A stretch of 64,000 nucleotides of DNA, taken from Macrostomum lignano. Taxonomy: Eukaryota. A program made the position numbers and the translations under genes. The notes under the pieces are model-generated. The model did not search any database. It saw only the letters and a list, made by a program, of their open reading frames with translations, and was not told the origin of the DNA. This document shows positions 14,135 to 25,720 of this stretch, one piece after another. Position 1 is the stretch's first letter. Each line of letters starts with the position of its first letter. The stretch is from the NCBI GenBank assembly GCA_002269645.1, contig NIVC01000736.1, forward strand, positions 186,001-250,000, written 5' to 3'.

Positions 14135-14810
14135 GAGAGGCAGAGGGCAGAGACCGAGGGGTGAAGCCTGAGGGGCGGAGACCGAGAGGCGGAGACCGAG
14201 GGGCGGAGACCGAGAGGCGGAGACCGAGAAGCGAAGACAGATGCGGAGACCGGGGGCGGTGACCGAGGGGCGGAGACCGAGATGCGGAGACCGAGGAGTG
14301 GAGACAGAGGAGTGGAGACCGGGAGGGAGGAGACCGAGGAGCGGAAACCGAGGGGCGGAGACAGAGATGCGGAGACCGGGGGTGGAGACCGAGGGGCGGA
14401 GACCGGGAGGGAGGAGACCGAGGGGCGGAAACCGAGGGGCGGAGACCGAAGGGCGGAGACCGAGAGGCGGAGACCGAGGGGCGGAGACCGAGGGGCGGAG
14501 ACCGAAGGGCGGAGACCGAGAGGCGGAGACCGAGGGGCGGAGACCGAGAGGCGGAGACCGAGGGGCGGAGACCGAGGGGCGGAGACCGAAGGGCGGAGAC
14601 CGAGAGGCGGAGACCGAGGGGCGGAGACCGAGAGGCGGAGACCGAAGGGCGGAGACCGAGGGGCGGAGACCGAGAGGCGGAGACCGAGGGGCGGAGACCG
14701 AGAGGCGGAGACCGAGGGGCGGAGACCGAGGGGCGGAGACCGAGGGGCGGAGACCGAGAGGCGGAGACCGAGGGGCGGAGACCGAGAGGCGGAGACCGAG
14801 GGGCGGAAAC
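14135..14810. repeat. GC-rich 14/15-bp minisatellite (GGCGGAGACCGAGG/GA)n downstream of the GPATCH3 stop
   Basis: Direct reading. It generates the spurious RRPRGGDRGAETE and PPLGLRPSVSA ORFs. Confidence 0.95.
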
Positions 14811-14877
14811 AGAAGGACAGAAAACAAAAACCGAAAGACTGCAGACAAATCCGCGCGGAAAATGCGCCGCATACTAC

Positions 14878-17800
14878 TCATTTGCTACTGCCGGCGCCGC
14901 GGCCTCCAGCATGAGCGGCGGCGCTGGCAGCCTCAGCAGCCGGGCGGTACTTCAGCCTGTCGGGATTCGCCCGCACCAGCAGGCTGTCTCCGGGGTCCAC
15001 GGCGGCCCGGACTGCCGGCCGGTCGTGCGCCGCAGCCACGTAGGCGCCGGTCGCTCGCGCGCGCGCCACCAGCGCCGCTTCCCGGCGCGTCAGGCCATTG
15101 GAATTGAACTTGTCAGTGGAGGTCGGGTGGCCGCGGGGCAGCAGTGCGGGGCCGCGGTAGCCGAAGCCGGCGCGCGATGGGCGCGGCTCCGCCGACAGCG
15201 GCTCCGTCAGGCCGCCGCCTCCGCTGCCGCTGCCGCCAACCGCCGAGCCCGGACCCGCCCAGCCCTGCGGGTGCGAGATAGAACCTACCTTATCTACTTC
15301 TCACTTAACTGAGTCTACTTCTCACTTAACTGAGTCTACTTCTCACTCAACTGAGTCTACTTCACACTTAACTATGTCTACTTCTCACTCAACTGTCTAC
15401 TTCTCACTTAACTGAGTCTACTTCTCACTCAACTGTCTACTTCTCACTCAACTGAGTCTACTTCACACTTAACTATGTCTACTTCTCACTCAACTGTCTA
15501 CTTCTCACTCAACTGTGTCTACTTCTCACTCAACTGTGTCTACTTCTTACTCAACTGTGTCTACTTCTCACTCAACTGTGTCTACTTCTCACTCAACTGT
15601 GTCTACTTCTTACTTAAGTGAGTCTACTTCTCACTGAAATGTGTCTACTTCTCACAACTGTATCTACTTCTCACTCAGCCTACTTCTCACTTAACTATGT
15701 CTACTTCTCACTCAACTGTGTCTACTCGTACTTTTCCCTCTCGTATGTCTACGTCAAAGCCTACTGCGCACTCCAATGTCTACCGAGCCTGATTTCCTAC
15801 TGTTTGTCCACTTCCAACTCTAATCGGGCCAACTTCTCACTAAAATGTGTTGAGCTCTATTCAAGTTATTTGGCCGCCACCAGTCTTCAGTCCAAGAAGC
15901 CAAGCTCAAAGCCTCATCCCCCCCCCCTCCCAGTCGCTCACCTGCCGCCTGAGCAGGTCGGACCCGAAGCCGCGCGTGTGCCGCTCGAACGCGCCGAAGC
16001 GCCGCATGTCCAGCAGGTCGCGCGCGTCCGCGTCTCCAGGCGCGGCGTCCCCGGCGGCCTCGTAGGCGGACATGTCCAGGTCCCAGTCGTAGTTGGTTGG
16101 GTCATCGAATAGTTCGAGTTTCTCGCCTTGGCGCCAGAACTGCTCGTCCGTGTACCACACCAGGCCGGGCCCGCCCTTCTCCCACACGATTTCCAGCGGC
16201 TCCTCGTATCTGTTTCGGAATTTGCGGCAGTAAGGAATGGACTCCGCTGGGGGCCTGTCACTCTCTAGGTTGTTCGCCTGTCACTCTCTAGGTTGTTCGC
16301 CTGTCACTCTCTAGGTTGTTCGCCCGTCACTCTCTAGGTTGTTCGCCTGTCACTCTCTAGGTTGTTCGCCTGTCACTCTCTAGGTTGTTCGCCCGTCACT
16401 CTCTAGGTTGTTCGCCTGTCACTCTCTAGGTTGTTCGCCTGTCACTCTCTAGGTTGTTCGCCTGTCACTCTCTAGGTTGTTCGCCTGTCACTCTCTAGGT
16501 TGTTCGCCCGTCACTCTCTAGGTTGTTCGTCTGTCACTCTCTAGGTTGTTCGCCCGTCACTCTCTAGGTTGTTCGTCTGTCAATCTCTAGGTTGTTCGTC
16601 TGTCACTCTCTAGGTTGTTTGCCTGTCACTCTCTAGGTTGTTTGCCTGTCACTCTCTAGGTCTAGGATGTCTACCTGTCACTTCCTATGTTGTCTACTTG
16701 TCACTCTATGGAGGATGTTCTTTCGTACGTTTGTTACCCTCCCGTTTTCAATTTGACACTTTAGATAGTACAATCGTTTACTTATTTATATTGACTGTTT
16801 CGTTCAATGATAAAATATATCCTGACGACGGCCCTAGTGGGTTGAAACAAGTTGGTTTTTGCCGTAAATGTTGATTTTAAGCTTTTTTATTTGCTAATAA
16901 TTAAACGAGCAACTCTACTACTTGTCACTCTCTCTGGTGTCTGCTTGTCACTCTCTCTGGTGTCTGCTTGTCACTCTCTCTGGTGTCTGCTTGTCACTCT
17001 ATGGTGTCTACTTGTCACTCTATGGTGTCTACTTGTCACTCTCTATGGTGTCTATTTGCCACTCTATGGTGTCTACAGTCTACCTGTCACTCTCTATGGT
17101 GTCTACTTGTCACTCTTCATGGTTTCCCACTGGTCACTCCACTTGACTACTTGTCACTCTTCATGGTTTCCCACTGGTCACTCCACTTGACTACTTGTCA
17201 CTCTACCATGTCAGCCTATTACAGTTTTTGGGTCAATTTTCAACTTTGATAAAGAAATTGCATGTTCCCATCACACTACTAACTGCAGTAGTCATAAGCA
17301 GCGCATCATCACCATAAAACTCACTTGCGCTCTTTCCACCGGTCCACGTTGTGCGGATCGTCGTGAAGCGCCTCGAACCGCTCCCAGTCCTCGGCCGGCT
17401 CGTCTTCCTCTTCAGCCTCCTCTTCATCATCCGTGCCGCCAGCCGCTTGTCCGGCCTCCTCGTCCGGAGTGTCTGGCCGTAAATGATTTTCGGCCATGTT
17501 CGAATCTTCCTCATCAAGATCGACCCGCGGCGGCGCAGACGTCGAGAAGCTTCGGACGGCGCCGCCGTAGTCGAAGGGCACGGCGGAGAATTTGCCCCGC
17601 CGCTTGCCGGCCGAGCGCAGATCCAGGCCCAGGCTGGCGATGAGGCCGGCAGGAAGCTGGCAGCGCTGCACCAGGCCAAGGAAGTGGCTGGTTGGCGTGC
17701 CAACGTTGCCCTGCGGCATGCAGGCTGGCGGGCACAGCTCCACAGGCTGCGGCCGGCCGCTGGCAGCCACCTGCATAGGTAGACAGCAGAGTTTCACTGC

Positions 17801-20613
17801 AGATCTCAGCCTTTGCGATTGCAGATCTCACCCCTGAGTTAGCAGATCTTGGCTAACTGGAGTTTGTACTTTTTACTTAATAACTGGAGTCTAGAATCCC
17901 ACGGACTGAGATCTGCAGGAGTGAGATCAGCTGTTGCAGGGGGTGAGATCTGCTGTTGCAGGGGTGAGATCTGCTGTTGCAGGGGTGAGATCTGCTGTTG
18001 CAGGGGTGAGATCTGCTGTTGCAGGAGTGAGATCTGCTGTTGCAGGGGGTGAGATCTGCTGTTGCAGGGGTGAGATCTGCTGTTGCAGGAGTGAGATCTG
18101 CTGTTGCAGGGGGTGAGATCTGCTGTTGCAGGGGTGAAATCTACTGTTACAGGGGTGAGATCTGCTGTTGCAGCATCGAATTTCAAAACGGGACGGCGCC
18201 GCCACCAACCTGCAGGCCGTGCCGCTTCAATGCCTTGGCCAGCTGCGGCCCCGTCAGGCTCCGGAGATCGGCGGCTACCCTGGCGGGCACCGCGGCGGAG
18301 GCCGAGTCGCAGACGGAGATGAGGCAGCGCAGGCCAAGCGGCAGCTCCCTGACGCCGGAGTAGGCGCGCCACTGGCTGCCGCTGTGCAGCCTCATCACCT
18401 GCGATGGAGAGCGATGGAGAGGCTCCGGTTTCAGATTCTCCGGTTTGTTTCTGTGGTTCCTTACGAGATCCACAGTCACTAGAGGGCTCCAAGGTCACTA
18501 GAGGGATGCTTTGGTGTCACTAGAGCGGTTCCAGGGTCACTACAGGGGTTCCAGGGTCATTAAAGGGGTTTCAGGGTCCCTAGAATGGTTCCAGGGTCCC
18601 TAGAGGGTTCCTGGGTCACTAGAGGGGCCCAGTGTCCCTAGAGGGGTTCCAGGGTCTCTAGAGGGGTTCCAGGGTCACTACAGGGGTCCTATTGTCACTA
18701 GAGGGTTTCAGGGTCACTAGAGGGTTCCAGGGTCACTAGAGGGTTCCAGGGTCACTAGAGGGGTTCCAGGGTCACTACAGGGGTCCTATTGTCACTAGAG
18801 GGTTTCAGGGTCACTAGAGGGTTCCAGGGTCACTAGAGGGTTCCAGGGTCACTAGAGGGTTCCAGGGTCACTAGAGGGTTCCGGGGTCACTAGAGGGTTC
18901 CAGGGTCACTAGAGGGTTCCGGGGTCACTAGAGGGGTTCCAGTGTCGGGAGGAGCTACAAAAAATTAGAGGGTTACGAGCGTACTATTCTGACTTTAGAG
19001 ATGATCCGTGAGTCCTTAATCGCTTTCAGGGTTTCAAGAAGCAAATTCGTATCTCTACTAGGTGGGTTCCAAAGTGTTTAGAGAATTTCCAGGGTTTTCA
19101 CACTCATACTGATGTGGGCTGTAACTTTAAAGGGCATTTCATAGCACTGGAGGCGCACGCCAACTCAATCGCAATTTGGACAACAGCCTTCGGTGACAGC
19201 TGAGCCATGCAAGTTGTGACGGTCCTCACCTCATTGGCGGCCTGAGGCGAGCTGGCTCGAGCGTAGCAGCACAGCAGGCGTGGCGCCTTCTTGCCAGACG
19301 ACGCGGCTCCTGAAGTTGATGCAGCAGCGGCAATGCGCTGAGGTCGATGTCGGAAATGGAAGCAGGCGAACGCCCCCGACTCCACGGAGGTGGCAAAGAA
19401 ACGGCGCAAGTCCCTGGCCCGGTAGCGGGAGGGAATGTTGCCAATGTACAGCAGGGGCTGGTCCTGCTGAAGGATTTTGATTGGAATTTCTTCTAGTAGG
19501 CTGGGTTTTTTGGGCCATATGGGGTTTTTTGGCCCCTTGAAAATTTCATTGGCAACTGGATTTTAGGAATCAGAGGCTAATCTGGCAACTTCAAAAAATG
19601 ATTTTGTAATTGTAATAAAAGTGCCATTAGAGGATTCAATTCATGATCATGATATGATGATATGATATGATCATGAATTGATATGATCATATGATGGAAT
19701 TGTTAGTTTGTTATTATTTGCAGCATAGATAGCAATCTTAGAGTTAAGAGAACAAATTTCTGCTTTTCAAATGTAGCCTTGGAAATCTCCATTCTCAAGA
19801 ATTTAGCTAGTTGCCAATGGTCAACCAAAAATAGCCATTGGCAACTGGATTTATGAGCCCAAGGGCCAGCTGGCAGCTGAATTTCCAACCTTAGAGGAGC
19901 TAGTAGGCGAGCTTAGTAAGCTCCAGGTCTGTTCTCTAGCTCTAGGTAAATGACATGCAGAGTGCCTTCATGCAGTGTCTTGTGCAATCTTAAATAGACA
20001 TAATTAATTTAAGCTAGCTAATAGATGTTTCACCAAGTTTTATCAAGTGTCCATATTTGACTCTTTGCCAACCTTCCAGACCCTATTGGAATAAGTTTTC
20101 AGACACTGTGGACAGTGCATCTAGTGCGCCATGGCAATCATAAAGTGGCCTGGACGGTGCGTCATGACAATCTTCAAATCCTAAGGTGGTATGGACGATG
20201 TGTCATTCAAATCTTCAAATCCTAGGGTGCCATAGCACTCTAGGTTTAGGTGATATTGTGCATGACTCCAGTCTCTATCATGTTCATTCTGATGATGCAT
20301 CACTCGTTTTTGAGAGATTTAAAGAGATTGAGAGAAAGTTGTGTGTTTTACCGCACTTGTGTTTTACTGCACTCTGTTCTGTACTGTACTTCTGCCCCCT
20401 TCTGTTGTAGTTGTATCTATTTCTTAATTCTTAGTCTACTCGTCTTTTGACTTACAAAGTTACATTGTTGGTCTATTCAAAGAAAAATAAATAATGTAAA
20501 TGGTGTGGCAATTGCATCAGTGAGTACTTAAAATAATTACGAACACTGAAACCCTTTACTTCAATTTGTCCATTGTCCTCCTTGCATCTTACCTGTGAGC
20601 TGCTGTGCGTCAT
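14878..20613 (-). CDS. GPATCH3: G-patch domain-containing protein 3 orthologue, about 514 aa, 6 exons: complement(join(14878..15264,15942..16209,17325..17770,18210..18398,19230..19463,20593..20613))
   Basis: Recognisable GPATCH3 motifs in order: YIGNIPSRYRARDLRRFF...FACFHFRHRPQ; ELCPPACMPQGNVGTP; EDWERFEALHDD; WEKGGPGLVWYTDEQFW; DWDLDMSAY..GDADARD; FERHTRGFGSDLLRRQ|GW..G..G (G-patch) ..GFGYRG. All junctions are GT-AG with matching phases (0,0,0,2,0). Exon 1 (MTHSSSQ, donor CAG|GTAAGA, in-frame upstream ATG at 20646) is the least certain part. Confidence 0.9.
15283..15720. repeat. Intronic minisatellite of about 21 bp (TCTACTTCTCACTYAACTGWG)n, GPATCH3 intron 5
   Basis: Direct reading. Confidence 0.93.
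16253..16680. repeat. 23-bp minisatellite (GTCACTCTCTAGGTTGTTCGCCT)n, GPATCH3 intron 4
   Basis: Direct reading, period 23. Confidence 0.95.
16915..17205. repeat. Degenerate 21-23-bp minisatellite (GTCTACTTGTCACTCTATGGT)n, GPATCH3 intron 4
   Basis: Direct reading. Confidence 0.88.
17905..18172. repeat. 21/22-bp minisatellite (GTGAGATCTGCTGTTGCAGGG)n, GPATCH3 intron 3
   Basis: Direct reading. Confidence 0.93.
18470..18945. repeat. 19/20-bp minisatellite (GGTCACTAGAGGGTTCCAG)n, GPATCH3 intron 2
   Basis: Direct reading. Confidence 0.92.
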
Positions 20614-20649
20614 GGCGCATGGCGCGCGTAGCGCGCCATGCGCCATGAC
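20609..20649. other. Perfect inverted repeat with 19-bp arms and a 3-nt loop, over the putative GPATCH3 start
   Basis: GTCATGGCGCATGGCGCGC-GTA-GCGCGCCATGCGCCATGAC. The arms are exact reverse complements. Confidence 0.97.
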
Positions 20650-21407
20650 TATGAGGAAAAAGAAAAAGTGCGCCGGACGCCGTCCGCAAAAATACCACTT
20701 ATTCCAATAGGGCTTCTAGATATTCAATGATTCTGCTAGGTCAGATTTTTTCCATAAGTGCCAGTGGATTCAGTACCACCCTATCCCCTTGTGCTCTAAT
20801 CAGTGCTGCACCTTAGTGCCATAGCCCATAGGCCTATCGTGTAGGTTTAAAATGATCATTTAAAAAACTTATTGGATAATTTAATATATTATATTTTTAT
20901 TTAATCATTAAAATAAATTCAAAGACAATGATCAATATGTGATTTTTAATGATTAAAAATGATACTAATTTTTAGTTTTTAGAATTTTATGCATTAAAAA
21001 TATTTGGCCTATCAATATAATACTGACTAGGCCTACTGACTATCTATAATTGCTAGCCTAGATTTATATTCTAATCATTAAATCAATATATTACAAGTAT
21101 ATATAAAGGCTATATGATATGATATTTTATGTCATAATTATTTAAGATAGGGGCCTATAAAACATTATTTAAGATATTCATAAGATAAAATAAGAAATTA
21201 AAGATTTTTTTAGCTGTATAGATCTTTATTATACTTTAAAGTTAGGCCTACAAACTAAATTGTCTATCTTCTTAGGCCTCCCACTCCCAAATCTTACATA
21301 TATGCAAAAAATTCTAGTGTATAATAGACCTGAAAAAATGGTCAAAAAAGTGATAAATTATCTGATATAGAATAATCCTCTAGAAAAATGTGCCCTAGAG
21401 CCAGTGT

Positions 21408-21840
21408 ATAGTGTAGCTATTGGGAATTCCAGTTGTTTTGCCCCCAAACTATTTTAGCCATGGACATTTCGCCCCTAGACCATTTTGCCAATAGTCTGTT
21501 TCATCTATAAACCAGTTCAGCTATGGGCATTTTGGCCAAAATGATTATTATATATTTTAGAAATACAGCTATATATGTATCTTTATTTTCTTTTTTCAAT
21601 GCAAATTTTTAGTTTTAATTTATAATAAAATATCAGTGCTCTTGGCACTTTTGTCTCATCTTGCATATTCTCAGCTTATGACTTTGTTGTTCATTTCAAC
21701 CCTGGTCCAAATTAGAGGCAAAACAGTCCATGGCCAAAATGGTCTATGGGTAAAACAGTCTATAGGCGAAATGGTCTAGGGGCGAAATGTACATGGCCAA
21801 AACGGTTTATGGGCGAAACAACCAGTTACCACTACACTAT
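21408..21840. mobile_element. Foldback/MITE-like element with imperfect terminal inverted repeats of about 90 bp
   Basis: Left arm ATAGTGTAG..TTGTTTTGCCC..CATGGACATTTCGCCCCTAGACCATTTTGCC matches the reverse complement of the right arm GGCGAAATGGTCTAGGGGCGAAATGTACATGG..GGGCGAAACAA..CTACACTAT. Internal TTTCGCCC sub-repeats. No TSD found. Confidence 0.6.
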
Positions 21841-22065
21841 TATTGGCATACAAAAGACCAAAATGTAAGTAATGCAAGAAAGGGTCTTGTATTATCAATT
21901 GTCATTATGCAAAAATGTCCTTAATTGTTGAAACACTTTTTTAATAATGTCCAGCGTATAGATCAAGAGTAAATTTGTTTGTCAGGCATAAATTTGGATT
22001 TATGGTATAGGGGGTGGCATTTTTCCTGCATACTGTGTAACAGATTTGAGTGTGGCTTAGGCCAA

Positions 22066-22242
22066 CAGGGGCAGATCCAAGGATGGCCAAGGGGTCCATG
22101 CCACCTCTCAGCCATAGGCCATGGCCAAAAAATTGGGCCATAATTTTTCGGCCTATAACTATGCAAGGTCTATTTTCTAGTATTGGATTGTAGTTGTTTC
22201 TCCAGCCCCCCCCCCAAAAAAAATTTTCTGGGTCCAACCCTG
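22066..22242. mobile_element. Short non-autonomous DNA-transposon-like element (CAGGGGCAGATCCA ... TGGGTCCAACCCTG termini)
   Basis: Imperfect 14-bp terminal inverted repeats and a subterminal poly-C/poly-A tract. No TSD found. Confidence 0.4.
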
Positions 22243-23409
22243 CAAGCTGCATCTTCCCTTCATTTGTGATAGACAAAGTGAGCAAAACCCCTATAGAACA
22301 AGTAAATTTTTTAATTTAAATACAATTTACGCAAAATTACAATTAAATTGCACGACTGGACCTTTCATTACTCATCTCATGTACTGGCATTCTTTAGCCC
22401 AGCTTTCTAAGAATTTATGTAATTTGAAAAAATTAACTAGCTATAACACATTTTTAACTTTACTTAAAACTATTTAAGAGAGTAAGTAATTGTGCCTTTT
22501 TACTACAATATATGGCGTACAAGTTTCTATATTCTCTTAAGTAAATTTTAATATATCTAAATATCAAAATTAGAAATGTTTTGCTTTCAATTTAAGGAGC
22601 CATCCCGCTGACTCAAAATATGACTCAAAGCCAGCCACCATTTAAAGCCACCGTGCAATGCAAGTAGGCAAACATTAACTGAAGCCTTAATTCACTATAA
22701 AAAGCATAATTTAATGTCTCTAGACTGTAGCAAAATAATTTTACATTTCCATGTTTTGACAGCCAATACCAATAATAGTGCAGTACAGTGCAGTGCAGCA
22801 GGCAGGATGCAGATTGCAGATGCAGATAGGCCTAACCTGCTGCTGCTGTCCTGCACTAGCTAGGTCTAGTGTCTAGACTAGGCCTATATACAGTTTCGTG
22901 ACATCCATTTTGTTGACACTGACATTTTAATTTAGGGTCAAATGTATAATATGGAGCTATGGAGTAGGCCTATTGTATTGTCATTGACATCAAGTCCAAG
23001 TGTCAATTAGGCCTATTTTTAAGTTTTGTTTGCTTTTTAAGATAAAACTATTTTATAATTCTTTTTGAGATGCCTTTTTTGTTTATTTCTGAACACTAAT
23101 GACTAAGTTTTATATTTTTAACAAGCTGTTGAAACCCGCGGATTTTGAACCCGGGGAATTCCAATCCCCGGAACTACTTTTGCATGTATTCTGAAATCTA
23201 AGGCCATACACAAACAAAAACTTGTTAATAGTTAGTAGGATAGAGGTAGACATAAAATGGAGCACATTCGTGTAAAATTAGGGTTTGAGACATTGTTGGC
23301 TGGGGTACTGCGCAGAATGTCAGGCAATGTCTGTCTGACTCTAAAACATATATTGCTAAACTCTGGTCTTTCCCTGACTCTCCCTACGTCCCTTGGATCC
23401 TTTAAAATT

Positions 23410-23738
23410 TCTATCGTCTCTTTGTTTCCTCTCATCTCTCTCGTCCCTCGTCTCTCCTCTCTCCTCTCTCATCTCTCCCCTCTTCTCTCGTATCTTCCCT
23501 CATCTCTCTTCTCTTTCATCTCTCTTATCTCATCTCTTGTCTCTTCGTTTCTCTCTCCTCTCCTTTCTCCTCTCTACTTTTTCGTTTTCTCTCTCCTCTC
23601 CTCTCTCCTCTCTCCCCCCTCTCCTCTCTCCTCTACTCTCTCATCTCTCCCCTCTTCTCTCGTCTCTTCCCTCACCTCTTTTCTCTCTCGGCTTTGCTCT
23701 CTCATCATTCCTTTCCTTATCTCTTCTCATTTCTCTCT

Positions 23739-23800
<62 letters not shown>

Positions 23801-24500
23801 TTCTCTGTCTTTCTCTCTTATCTCTCCTTCTCTCTCTACTCTCTCCCCTCTCCATTCTCCTCTTTCCTCTCTTCTCTCCTCACTTCACTTCTCTACCTTT
23901 GTCTCTCCTCTCTCCTCTCGTCTCTGTAACCTCTCCTCTGTTCTCTCTACTCTCCCATCTTTTATCTGTTCACTCTTGTCTCTGCTCTCTCACCCCCCTC
24001 TTTAATCTAGCATCTCTGTCTTATATGTTCTCTCACCTCTCTCCTCTGTATTCTTTTCTTTCCCCTCTTTTGACTCCTCACTTTCCTTTCTCCTTTCTTC
24101 TTTTCTCTTCTCTTCCCTTTTCTATACTCTGTCTCCCTCTCTTCTCTCACTCCACTCTCCTCTCTCCGTTATCTCTTATCTCTTCTTCCACCTCTCTCAT
24201 CTCTAGAACCTTAGAGATGTAGAGATGTATCTTTATCTCTTCTCTCTTCCCTTTACTCTCTCATCTCTTCTTTCACCTGTTTCCTCTCTGCTCTCCTCTC
24301 TGCTGTCTCCTCTCTCCTCTCATCTGCAGCTCTCTGCTCTGCTCTCTCATCTCTACTCTCTCCTCTCGCTTTTCCTCTCTCCCCTCTTCTCCCCTCTCTC
24401 TCATCGTCCTCACCCCCTCATCTCTCCTATTATCTTTTATCTTTTCTTTTATCCCCTCTGTCGCCTCTCCTCTCTTCGAATCGTCTATTCCTTCTTCTTT
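23410..24500. repeat. CT-rich polypyrimidine tract of about 1.1 kb with a pure (CT)n core near 23741-23800
   Basis: Direct reading. It generates spurious Ser/Leu/Pro ORFs. Confidence 0.97.
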
Positions 24501-25129
24501 CCACTTTCATCTGCCCCTCAGCTATGAGCTGGATTCTTTATCTGGCCTTTGAGGTAAAAGTATGCCCATCCCTGCTTGGAAAGCCAGTTTGTGGGACGTA
24601 GTACTCTCATGGTTGTTTTCATGCTTTGATCACGTCATCTTTCTTGCCAATTTGCAGCCCTGAAAGGAATTTGTGTATCTTCAGCTCCACTGCAGTCTGC
24701 AGCAGTCTAACAACCAAGGAAATACGCATTTCTTAGGAGGCCATTTAAAATTTACACAGTGCCTTTAAAAGAAACCTAAAATTTCCTTGGTGTGCCTAAT
24801 TTAGTAGGGTTGTATTGCATTGCATCGCATCGCCTTTTCATAAATCTTTCGCTTTTACAAACCATGCTGGATTCCCTCGATTTGCCAATTGCCAATTGCT
24901 ATCCACTGTTAAACTGCTGCAGAGTTTGCCAATACAGAGGGGAGGGCAGTGGTTAGAATTTCTCACTAAACTGTTATGGCTAAACGTAGCCTCTCCACTC
25001 TCGGGGTGCAGAGAAAGCTATAAATAAAGTTATTCCAAAACACTGTACATTCGCTATGTACATTGAGCCCTATCGCCTGACCCTTCGTCTGGGAATGAGT
25101 TGGATGAGCGGCAAAAAACAGAAAAAGCA

Positions 25130-25720
25130 GACAAACTTCACATGCTTACAGTTTCTGTCCTGATTGGGATACAGAGTTGAGACTTTACATGTAGACAGAG
25201 AATGAGTCAATAAAGAATTGTGTCAAGTTTGAAGTCAATCGCTTTACGTGGAGCAAACTTATGGCAGCTGAAAGTTAGTCAATTTTGAAACCCTTTTACA
25301 CATCTGGGCCCAGATCGGGAAAGAGAGGCAGGCGGGCGGAGGTTGGGGTGGTTGCTACGCTGAAAAAAACAGCCTAACTTTAAAAGTGCACAGCGGCTTT
25401 CAGGATTAACTTTGAGATTTGAAATTTTACACGATTGTGTCAAAATAGTTGAAAATTGCCTGTGTCAAATTTGAAGAGAATCGGTAGAAGTGGAGCGGCG
25501 CTATGGAGGATTAAGTGAAAAAATCGCGCATTTTGAGCAGTTTTTTGTACTTTTAGGTAGGAAGACTCAAATTTAGGAAATTTAAAGGTAGCCTAAGACA
25601 TTCTCCGTAGTGAGTTTAGGGTGTAAAATTTGGTGTCATTTGGTTGAGCGGTTTGGGAGTCCATAGCGATCAAAATTGTCCACACACAGACAGAGTTTTG
25701 AATTTTATAGGTAGAGATTG
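25130..25720. mobile_element. Possible decayed non-autonomous (Helitron/HINE-like) element fragments
   Basis: Repeated GTGTCAA(G/A)TTTGAAG..AATCG motifs and an end AAATTTGGTGTCATTTGGTTGAGCGGTTTGGGAG..CACACACAGACAGAG..TTTTATAGGTAGAGAT. This resembles, from memory, invertebrate non-autonomous element ends; not verified by search. Confidence 0.25.

Noticed and set aside
14117-14914. Long Arg/Gly/Pro ORFs on both strands
   Set aside because: Translations of the 14/15-bp minisatellite.
23257-24527. 321-aa Ser/Leu ORF and overlapping ORFs
   Set aside because: CT tract lacks stops by composition.
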